Assembly (NCBI GenBank): GCA_046046455.1
Contig: JBJOJS010000090.1
Span: forward strand, 10,718 to 74,717
Source of the DNA: Actinomycetota bacterium
GTDB taxonomy: Bacteria > Actinomycetota > Actinomycetes > S36-B12
Direction of reading: 5' to 3'
Length of the DNA stretch: 64,000 nucleotides
The translations under genes and the position numbers were made by a program. Positions 50,349 through 57,811 of the stretch are shown one piece after another. Every line of letters starts with the position of its first letter. The stretch's first letter is position 1. The notes below the pieces were generated by a model. It worked only from the letters and a program-made list of their open reading frames with translations. It was not told the origin of the DNA and searched no databases.

Positions 50349-51600
50349 CCGCGCTGGCTTTCTCGCGGCGGGCCCAGGCATCGGCGTGCAGGTCGAGCAG
50401 ACGCTGCTTCTGGGGGCTGTAGCGCATCGACCCCATGGTGATGAACGCCTCAGCGAATTCGCGCTCGGCACCGAACTTGTCGCGCTCGCAGGGCAGCGGG
50501 ATGATGTCGTGCTTCTCGCGGATGGTGCCCAGGGGGTCCTCGCCGTTGGCGACGCGCTTCATGTTCTCCTTGAACATCTTGCGCAGCATGGCGACGCCCG
50601 CGTCGGAGCGACCGAGGTGCTCCTGCGTGCGATCCGTGACCGGTCCCTGGCTCACCCAGGCCATGATGTCCTGGCCCTCGATGTAGTCGGTGATGAAGCG
50701 GCCCTGGTCATCGCGCCAGAAGTACTCATAGAAGACAGGGCGGTCCTGGGCCTCCCACTCACCCGCATCGGGGGCGTGATTGGAGTAGAAGAGCTTCCAC
50801 GTCGTGGTGTCGTCGATGGGGACACGGATCTGCATCTGATCGATGCCCGCGCCACCCACGCGCATGAAGTACGGGAAGACGAGCGGGTGGCCGACCTTCC
50901 AGTCGTCGTTCTCCTCAGAGCCGCCCTCGAGCACACGGCGCTTGAGGATGCCCCACTCCATCTCCTCGAAGCCCGTGCGCAGGTGCTTCTTCTGGAAGGC
51001 CTTGGGGGCGTCGAATCCCTGGGTCTGGCCCATGAAGTCGAAGTAATAGCCGTGCAGCCACTCGACGTGATGGGGGTCGACAGAGTTCTCCATGATCTGC
51101 AGCCAATTGCACGGAAGCGTGGCGTAGCCGCAGTCCTTGATGCCGTCCATCACGAAGACGTCGAAGCGAGGCAACTCGGGAGCGGGGTCCGGACCGACGT
51201 ACACCCAGATCATGCCGCCCATGACCTCAGCCTTGCCGGCCTTCTGCTTGACGCGATCGCGGAAATTCTGGTTGTCGGCCTCGGCGGGCTGCTCGACGCA
51301 GTTGCCCTCGAAGTCCCACTTCCATCCGTGATATCCGCAGCGAATGCCGTCCTCATGGACGACGCCGTAGGTGAGCGACGCACTCCGATGCGGGCAGTGC
51401 TCGGCGACGATGCCGTACCTGCCTGACTTCGGCGTCTTGAAGAGAGTCCAGTCCTCACTCAGCAGGCGCACTGTCTTGGTCGGCACCGAGTCGAAGTCCT
51501 GCTCGAACGCGATGGGGTACCAGTAGCGGCGCAGCAACTCCCCCATGGGAGTGCCGGGTCCGACCTTGGTGAGTTCTTCGTTCTGCTCGACGGTCAGCAT
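50341..51600 (-). CDS. Rieske non-haem-iron oxygenase, alpha-subunit-only type (phthalate/KshA-like family)
   Basis: Rieske motif CPHRSASLTYGVVHEDGIRCGYH (CxH-x16-CxxH) and mononuclear iron motif NSVDPHHVEWLH (D-x2-H-x4-H). No beta-subunit gene is adjacent. Confidence 0.85.
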   Translation of the reverse strand: MLTVEQNEELTKVGPGTPMGELLRRYWYPIAFEQDFDSVPTKTVRLLSEDWTLFKTPKSGRYGIVAEHCPHRSASLTYGVVHEDGIRCGYHGWKWDFEGNCVEQPAEADNQNFRDRVKQKAGKAEVMGGMIWVYVGPDPAPELPRFDVFVMDGIKDCGYATLPCNWLQIMENSVDPHHVEWLHGYYFDFMGQTQGFDAPKAFQKKHLRTGFEEMEWGILKRRVLEGGSEENDDWKVGHPLVFPYFMRVGGAGIDQMQIRVPIDDTTTWKLFYSNHAPDAGEWEAQDRPVFYEYFWRDDQGRFITDYIEGQDIMAWVSQGPVTDRTQEHLGRSDAGVAMLRKMFKENMKRVANGEDPLGTIREKHDIIPLPCERDKFGAEREFAEAFITMGSMRYSPQKQRLLDLHADAWARREKASAGA

Positions 51601-51739
51601 GGGAGGTCCTTCCGTGTATCGCGTTGATGCTCTCGTTGCCGTGCCTAGCCGGTGCCTCGAAGGTACCGGGCCGTGCGGGTGACGCTAGGGATTCCTGCCT
51701 CCGACCGGGAGGACGTCGTTCCTCACGGCGGGACCGAGT

Positions 51740-51769
51740 CCGGGGAGGGGACCAAAGTCCCCTCCCCGG
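51740..51769 (-). terminator. Perfect 13-bp stem / 4-nt loop hairpin just after the swivel-subunit stop
   Basis: CCGGGGAGGGGAC (51740-51752), loop CAAA, GTCCCCTCCCCGG (51757-51769), 8 nt downstream of the TAG at 51780-51778. No U-tract follows on the minus-strand transcript. Confidence 0.5.
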
Positions 51770-51777
51770 CCGATCGA

Positions 51778-53595
51778 CTACTCGATGACCGTGACGACGC
51801 CGTTGTTGCCATCGACACGCAGGCGTTGGCCCGTCTTGATGTTGGTGGTGGCGAAGCCCGTGCCGGTGACCGCGGGCAGGCCGTACTCACGGCAGACGAT
51901 CGCGGCGTGGCTCATCATGCCGCCCGTGTCGGTGACCGTCGCGAGGATCTTGCCGAAGATCGGCGCCCACGAAGGTGCGGTGAGCGGGGCGACCAGGATC
52001 TCGCCCTGCTGCACCTCTCCGATCTGCTCCGGGGAGAAGATCACGCGCGCAGGACCCTCGACGAGACCAGGCGACGCCGCCATGCCACGGAGCTCCCCTT
52101 CCTTGGCATCACCGCCGCCCAGCCAGGCGCCCACGCTGTCGGACGTGATGCCCCAGAGCATGACCGTGAAGGGTTCGGTGATGACCTCGGGCGGAGCGCC
52201 CAGGGCCGGGACCGGCTTCCACTGACGCAGCGCCTCGCAGATTCCCTTGCGCTTCGCCACGATGGCCGGCCAGCGCCCCGGTCCCGCAGGAGGCTCAGGG
52301 GTCGCCCAGGAGACGTAGTAGTCCCACAGCGCGTCCTCGACCTCAGTGCGCTTGAGGTAGAAGATGTCATTGGGCTCGCTCCAGAACCCTTCCTTGACCA
52401 GGACCTCGCCGAGCTGGCGCATCTTGCGCCAGATCACCGAGTGGCTCCAGTGCTCGACGTAGAAGTTGTGGTTCTCCACATACGGGAAGACCACGCGGGC
52501 CAGTCCGAGCTTGCCCTGGAAGGCCTCGCGATCCTCATCGGTAGCGAGGAGCTCGGAGTACTCCGCCACCACGCGATCACGCTCGGCATGGATTGCGGCC
52601 ATCGGACGGGCGAGGTCCTCCCCCGCCTGAAGCTTGACGATGTAGTCGTTGATGAAGTCGAACGGGATCTCGACGTTCTCGATCCAGATCTTGTCCGAGT
52701 GGTAGAAGCCCGAGCCGGTCGAGAAGTTGAACCATGGCTCGGCCGACTCCTGGAACGAAGCGATCCATGCGCGGCCCGCATCACTGCCCTTGAGGATCTC
52801 GCACGTCGCCTCGACATCTCCCGCGGCGAACGCCTCGGCGATACCGCTCTCCAGCGCCACACGGGCGAGGCGCTTGAGCTCCTCGTCGGGACGGAACAGG
52901 TCCACCTCGACGCCGGCGACCATCTTGGCGATGGCGAGGTCGGGGATACCCGGGAAGGCCTGCTTGCAGAAGCCGAAGAAGTCGAGGTAGGCGGCGTAAC
53001 CGAGGTTGAGGAACTCGAAGTGGTAGTTCCACAGCTTCAGGCCGAGATCGAGCAGCGTGCGGTAGTTCTCCTGGATCTGGTAGCCCGAGCCGAGGCCGGC
53101 GCCGGACTTCACGATCTCATCCGCGTCCTCGATTTCGGGGAGGGGTTCGAAGTTGACCGCCTCGAGTTCCTTCACTAGGTCACGGATCTTGAGCATCCAC
53201 TTGTCGTAGAGGTCGTTCCAGTTCATGAAGTAGAAGCCGGCGCGGTCCATGAAGTTCTCAACGCGCGCCTCGATGGTCGCCGGATCCGCAGGGATCGGCG
53301 TGAGGTAGCCATAGCCATTGAGGATGCGGAAGGCGATGCCGTTGGCCGGCGGCACCTGAAGGTGTCGCGTGTTGTACTGCGACAACGATGCGAGGCCGAA
53401 CTCGAAGAAGGTCGCATCCCAGGGAGTCAGCACCTTGGGCCAGTGAACTCCGTCCTGGAACCAGAAGGTGGAATCCTCGAATTCCCTTCGGGACTCGCTG
53501 AAGAGCGAGGAGTAGACGTACATCTCCTGCCAACCCTCGGCGCCCGCGGGCGTCTCGATGTCGAACGGGCTGGGGAACCGATCGGCCATCTGCAT
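51778..53595 (-). CDS. PEP-utilising-enzyme mobile (phosphohistidine swivel) domain protein; phenylphosphate-synthase alpha-like dikinase subunit
   Basis: 605 aa. The C-terminal approx. 100 aa form the swivel domain with TDTGGMMSHAAIVCREYGLPAV (catalytic His). The N-terminal approx. 480 aa (FPSPFDIETPAGAEGWQEMYVYSSLFSESRREFEDSTFWFQDGVHWP) contain no ATP-grasp and no PEP/pyruvate barrel that I can see. Confidence 0.8.
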   Translation of the reverse strand: MQMADRFPSPFDIETPAGAEGWQEMYVYSSLFSESRREFEDSTFWFQDGVHWPKVLTPWDATFFEFGLASLSQYNTRHLQVPPANGIAFRILNGYGYLTPIPADPATIEARVENFMDRAGFYFMNWNDLYDKWMLKIRDLVKELEAVNFEPLPEIEDADEIVKSGAGLGSGYQIQENYRTLLDLGLKLWNYHFEFLNLGYAAYLDFFGFCKQAFPGIPDLAIAKMVAGVEVDLFRPDEELKRLARVALESGIAEAFAAGDVEATCEILKGSDAGRAWIASFQESAEPWFNFSTGSGFYHSDKIWIENVEIPFDFINDYIVKLQAGEDLARPMAAIHAERDRVVAEYSELLATDEDREAFQGKLGLARVVFPYVENHNFYVEHWSHSVIWRKMRQLGEVLVKEGFWSEPNDIFYLKRTEVEDALWDYYVSWATPEPPAGPGRWPAIVAKRKGICEALRQWKPVPALGAPPEVITEPFTVMLWGITSDSVGAWLGGGDAKEGELRGMAASPGLVEGPARVIFSPEQIGEVQQGEILVAPLTAPSWAPIFGKILATVTDTGGMMSHAAIVCREYGLPAVTGTGFATTNIKTGQRLRVDGNNGVVTVIE

Positions 53596-53664
53596 TTCCT
53601 CTCGTGTGTTCGTGTCCGGGGAGCACGAAGCGCTGGACCTTGCTGTGGGTGGTCTGATCTTTCA

Positions 53665-54744
53665 CTAGTCCTTGCGGGCGTACAGCGGATTCATCAATGT
53701 CGAGACGATGCTCGCCATGGGGTTCTTGTCTGCGGCACCCGCAACCGACTGGCGGGGCTTCTTGCTCCACACGGTCTCGGGGCGGGCCTGGAGGAGGATG
53801 ACGTTCTCCCCGTCGGCGAGGTCGGCGTCGACGGCCCACTCGATGTCCTGCGGGCAGCCGTAATGTCGTTCGGCGGTCTTCGCGAGGGCGGCAATAGCCT
53901 TTAGCTGCGCATCGGTGAGGCACGGGGTGTCAGCCCGCTCGTCATCCGTCTCGACCTTCTCCACGGTGTCGTGGTCGGTGAGCTTGTACTCGTGGGCCTT
54001 GTGGCTGATCTCGCGCTTGCTCACCTCGAGCATCACCTTGTCGACGAGGAAGTTGTCGGGCGTGATCTCGCCGGAGACGACCCCCTCACCGAATCCCCAG
54101 GCCGCATCGATGGCCACCTGGGACCGGTCACCGTTAGCGGGGTTGAGCGTGAAGGCGACACCTGCGGAGATCGGACGCACCATCTTCTGGATGACGACAG
54201 CCATCTCGACCGAGCGATGCTCGTATCCCATCTCCACCCGGTAGCAGGTGGCGCGGTCGGTGAAGAGGCTCGCCCAGCAGCGACGTACGGCGTCGACGAC
54301 AGCATCCCCACCGCGGATCCAGAGGTAGGTGTCGTGCTCGCCGGCGAAGGATGCGTCCGGAGAGTCCTCCGAGGTCGCGGAGGAGCGCACCGCCACCGGC
54401 AGGTCCTCGACATCGCACTTGCGCGACAGCTCGGCATAGTCGTGGCGAATCTGCTTCTCGACGTCCGCCGGGAGCGGCATCGTGCGGATGACGTCGCGGA
54501 TCTCCGAGCACACCGTGCTGACCTGGGCAGTGTCGGCGATGTCGAGTCCGTGCAGCAGCCGCGCGAGCGTGGCATCCAGATCAGCAGCATCGTGGGCCGC
54601 GCGGTAGCCCGCGGTGGTGACGGCGAAGCCCGGAGGGACAGGCAGTCCCGCTCCCGTCATCTCGCCGAGGCTCGCAGCCTTGCCGCCGACCTCGCCCTTG
54701 AGTCCGGGCCAGTAGCCCTCGAACCACATCGTCACGCTGCTCAT
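53665..54744 (-). CDS. PEP-synthase N-terminal (PPDK_N, ATP-grasp) domain protein; phenylphosphate-synthase beta-like dikinase subunit
   Basis: 359 aa from ATG 54744. GGKAASLGEMTGAGLPVPPGF, VAVRSSATSEDSPDASFAGEHDTY and PQDIEWAV are PPDK_N signatures. The start overlaps the phosphatase stop as ATGA. Confidence 0.85.
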   Translation of the reverse strand: MSSVTMWFEGYWPGLKGEVGGKAASLGEMTGAGLPVPPGFAVTTAGYRAAHDAADLDATLARLLHGLDIADTAQVSTVCSEIRDVIRTMPLPADVEKQIRHDYAELSRKCDVEDLPVAVRSSATSEDSPDASFAGEHDTYLWIRGGDAVVDAVRRCWASLFTDRATCYRVEMGYEHRSVEMAVVIQKMVRPISAGVAFTLNPANGDRSQVAIDAAWGFGEGVVSGEITPDNFLVDKVMLEVSKREISHKAHEYKLTDHDTVEKVETDDERADTPCLTDAQLKAIAALAKTAERHYGCPQDIEWAVDADLADGENVILLQARPETVWSKKPRQSVAGAADKNPMASIVSTLMNPLYARKD

Positions 54745-55850
54745 GAGGACTCCCCCCGACGGCTCAACGGTAGGGCGCGACCCTCGAGCCCCGCCCACCA
54801 GTCGGGGAGGCCGTCGAAGTCGGGCACCGAGACTTCCTGCACCCGATTGCGATAGAGGACGAGGGCGCTTTCACCGCCTTCGAGCAGGCGCACCCGGACG
54901 AATTCGGTGTTGAAGGGCTCACCGGGGTCGTAGCCGAGCGCCCAGGTGGCGAAGGCGCGAATCGGACCGGAGTGGGTTGCGACGATCACCGACTGCCCGG
55001 GTGTCTCGTCGTGGATGCGCATGAGTCCGGCCCAGAAGCGTCGGACCGCCGCCACGGGCGGCTCGAAGGTGAGCATGGGCATGGTGAGCCAGTGGGTGAT
55101 GGGATCACCGCCCCCCTGCTGGATGCCCCAGAAGCGGTCGACCTCCACCAGCCACGTGGGGCGTCCACCCAGCCCGATGCGCTCGTACTTCTCCATCTCC
55201 GAGTGGTAGAGCCGGAAGGCCTGGGTGACGTCGCGGAAGCCGTCGGGCGTCATCACCTGGAAGTTGCGGAACTCCTCGTACGCCGTGACCTCACCGACGG
55301 TGGCCTCGCGCCCGAAGAGCACGAGCTCATCGAGCAGGCCCTTGCGGATGCCTTCGGCCGTCTGACGCGCGCGATTGGTGTCGGCGCAGGCCATGGTCAC
55401 GTGATGGCCGGTCATGACGCGGCGCGCGAGCTCCTTGCCGCGTCGGTGCGCCTGCCAGGAGCCCAGCGGCGTGAGCCCGGACTCCGTGGAGTAGCCCTGC
55501 GTCTCGCCGTGCCGCACGAAGTAGACATCCGTGACAGCGCCCTTCGTCTGGTCCTTGCGCTCGGGGACGATCTCCTTGGTGCGGGTCACCTCGGCCCAGG
55601 CGCGGGTGGCTCCGACGTCGGCGCCCTCCCAGAGCGGCACCGGGGAGTCGAGCCCGGTCTCACCACTGCGACGGTCGCGAAAGCGCCGAAGGTAGAGCGG
55701 GGTCTCATCCTCGGGCTGCGCCGGGTCGGCGACCGAGGGGCGCTGCCCGCGGGACTCGCGGTCGAGGTACTTCTGCAGGTAGGCGGGTGCGTCCGGCCGC
55801 TCCGTGCGCGGCAGCGCGACGGGCGTGACATGGGGCTCGGTCATCGTCAT
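54741..55850 (-). CDS. Histidine phosphatase superfamily protein with an N-terminal extension of about 105 aa
   Basis: RHG motif at residue 113 (VYFVRHGETQGY) and second His region VATHSGPIRAF. The N-terminal region is Pro/Arg/Glu-rich with no recognisable domain. AAGGAG lies in the 9-nt gap upstream. Confidence 0.8.
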   Translation of the reverse strand: MTMTEPHVTPVALPRTERPDAPAYLQKYLDRESRGQRPSVADPAQPEDETPLYLRRFRDRRSGETGLDSPVPLWEGADVGATRAWAEVTRTKEIVPERKDQTKGAVTDVYFVRHGETQGYSTESGLTPLGSWQAHRRGKELARRVMTGHHVTMACADTNRARQTAEGIRKGLLDELVLFGREATVGEVTAYEEFRNFQVMTPDGFRDVTQAFRLYHSEMEKYERIGLGGRPTWLVEVDRFWGIQQGGGDPITHWLTMPMLTFEPPVAAVRRFWAGLMRIHDETPGQSVIVATHSGPIRAFATWALGYDPGEPFNTEFVRVRLLEGGESALVLYRNRVQEVSVPDFDGLPDWWAGLEGRALPLSRRGESS

Positions 55851-55859
55851 ATCCGCTCC

Positions 55860-56771
55860 TTAACTGTGCACCGTGAGGAACCGCTGATTCACGACGCCGT
55901 CGTAGTAGAACAGCGCCCTGCCCATCTCGCCCTCGGTCCACGTGATGGGCGGATCATCGGGGTCCGACCAGTAGCCGCCTGTGAAGACCTCGTTGCGGTT
56001 GCCCGCAGGATCGAAGAAGTACACGCAGTGCCCGCGTGTGGCACCGTGCCGTGTGGGGTTGGTCTCGATCCGCACGCCGTGGTACGCCAGCACATCCGAG
56101 GCATTGCGGATGTCGTTCCAATCGTCCACCCAGTAGGCGAAGTGGTGCAGCCCGCCATCCGGTCCGGTCACAAGCGCGATGTCGTGGGAGGAGTGGGAGA
56201 CCTCGAGCCACGTAGCGATCTGGAATCCATCGTCCCCGACCACCTGCTCGGTGAGGTGGAAGTCAAGCACGTCCTGAAGGAACGACGTCATGCCGTTGAC
56301 ATCCTCGACGGTGATGAAGATGTGGTCGAGCCGGGGCGGCGCGATGCCCACCAGGCCGAGAGGCTTGGGCGGCGGGTTCGTGAGCGGGAGGAGGTTGCCG
56401 ACCTGCTCCATGCCGTAGATCAACTCCATCTGGTGGCCCGAGGGCGTCTCGAAGCGGATGACGGAGCCGCCACCCACGCCAACCTCGGCTCCCTGGAGGC
56501 GCTTCACGGCGATGCCCGCGTCCTCGAGGCGCGCGGCGTAGAAGTCGAGGTCCTCGGGGCTCTCGACCTTCCAGCCCATATGGGCGAGCCCGTAGTTGGG
56601 CGCGTAGGCGAGGACCAGCGAGTGGTGCTGGTGCTCGTCCCAGCACTTCAGGTATACGCGCTCGGGCTCCCGAGCGGTCTCCACAAGGCCCAGCACCTCG
56701 GTGTAGTACGCGGTCGCGAGCTCGAGATCGGGGACCTTGATCTCCACATGGGACAGACGCAGGATGCTCAT
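55860..56771 (-). CDS. Type I extradiol dioxygenase (catechol 2,3-dioxygenase family), copy 1
   Basis: 303 aa from ATG 56771 (MSILRLSHVEIKV). Two VOC modules, HHFAYW and FFDPAGNRNEVF motifs. Shares 1 nt (TGATG) with the upstream paralogue's stop. Confidence 0.88.
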   Translation of the reverse strand: MSILRLSHVEIKVPDLELATAYYTEVLGLVETAREPERVYLKCWDEHQHHSLVLAYAPNYGLAHMGWKVESPEDLDFYAARLEDAGIAVKRLQGAEVGVGGGSVIRFETPSGHQMELIYGMEQVGNLLPLTNPPPKPLGLVGIAPPRLDHIFITVEDVNGMTSFLQDVLDFHLTEQVVGDDGFQIATWLEVSHSSHDIALVTGPDGGLHHFAYWVDDWNDIRNASDVLAYHGVRIETNPTRHGATRGHCVYFFDPAGNRNEVFTGGYWSDPDDPPITWTEGEMGRALFYYDGVVNQRFLTVHS

Positions 56772-57679
56772 CAGGTGTGCACCTTCATGAATCGATCGTT
56801 GAGCTCGCCCTCGTAGTAGAAGACAGCCCGTCCAATGTTGTCCTCGGTCCACGTGATGGTCGGGAAGTCCGGGTCCGGACGGTAACCGCCGGTGAAGACC
56901 TCATTGCGCGTGCCGAGCGGGTCGAAGAAGTAGATGGTGTTGCCGCGCGTGATGCCGTGGCGCGTCGGACCGACGTCGATCTGGATGCCGTTGTAGGCCA
57001 GGATGTCCGCGCTCTTGCGGACGTGATCCCAGTCGTCGAGCCAGTACGCGAAGTGATGCAGGCCGCCGTTGGGTCCGGACACGATCGCGAGGTCGTGGGG
57101 CGAGTGCGAGCGCTCCATCCACGTGGCGGCCTGATGGCCGTCCCCGTCGAGCAGCTGCTCGGTCACCCGGAAGCCGAGGACATCCGTGAAGAACTTGGTC
57201 GACTCGCCGACCTCCTCAGCGGTGACGAGGATGTGATCCATCCTGGGAGGCGCGATGCCGCGCAGCCCCTCGACGAAGGGTGCGGGGTTGAGTGAACCCG
57301 TGGCGCGACCGATCTTCTCGACGTCGTGCACGAGCTCCATCACCTGACCCGACGGAGTCTCGAAGCGAATGGACTCGCCCTGGCCGATCGACGCGCCCTT
57401 GCTCACGCGCTCGACGGGCAGGCCGTATCGGCCCACGGCGTTCTCGAGGTCGGAGAGGTCGTCTTCGCGCAGGACCTTGAAGGACATCAGGTCGAAGCCG
57501 ACGCGCGGCGCGTAGGAGATACGCAGCGAATGGTGGTCGACCTCGTCCCAGCACTTCAGGTAGACCGAATTCTCATCGCGCTCAACCTCGAGCATGCCGA
57601 TGACCTCGGTGTAGTACGCCGCTGCCAGGTCGATATCCGTCACCGTGATGTCGACGTGCGACAAGCGCAGGATTCCCAT
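56771..57679 (-). CDS. Type I extradiol dioxygenase (catechol 2,3-dioxygenase family), copy 2
   Basis: 302 aa from ATG 57679 (MGILRLSHVDITV), preceded by GGGAGGAG. Same motifs as copy 1 (HHFAYW, FFDPLGTRNEVF). The 555-aa track ORF extension upstream is non-coding by my reading. Confidence 0.88.
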   Translation of the reverse strand: MGILRLSHVDITVTDIDLAAAYYTEVIGMLEVERDENSVYLKCWDEVDHHSLRISYAPRVGFDLMSFKVLREDDLSDLENAVGRYGLPVERVSKGASIGQGESIRFETPSGQVMELVHDVEKIGRATGSLNPAPFVEGLRGIAPPRMDHILVTAEEVGESTKFFTDVLGFRVTEQLLDGDGHQAATWMERSHSPHDLAIVSGPNGGLHHFAYWLDDWDHVRKSADILAYNGIQIDVGPTRHGITRGNTIYFFDPLGTRNEVFTGGYRPDPDFPTITWTEDNIGRAVFYYEGELNDRFMKVHT

Positions 57680-57732
57680 CGTCGCTCCTCCCGGCCGCGA
57701 GGCCTCTCGGGTCATCCGAAACCTAGGGCTCC

Positions 57733-57803
57733 CCTGTCCCGCATGGAAGGACAGCGTTCCCGCATGCGGGACGTATCTGGTACGTTCCCCCGCGTGGAAG
57801 GAC
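57733..57803. promoter_or_regulatory. Putative operator cluster in the divergent promoter region (candidate IclR sites)
   Basis: Perfect 14-bp palindrome TCCCGCATGCGGGA (57758-57771). GTCCCGCATG (57736-57745) is the exact reverse complement of 57763-57772. GGAAGGAC occurs twice (57745-57752 and 57796-57803). Confidence 0.5.
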
Positions 57804-57811
57804 CCGAGGCG

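Noticed and set aside
51652-53178. 508-aa plus-strand ORF antisense to the swivel-domain dikinase subunit
   Set aside because: Same reasoning. The minus-strand frame encodes the conserved phosphohistidine domain.
54972-56816. 614-aa plus-strand ORF antisense to the histidine phosphatase and dioxygenase 1
   Set aside because: The minus-strand genes carry catalytic motifs and coupled starts. The plus-strand product has no motifs and a shadow-frame composition.
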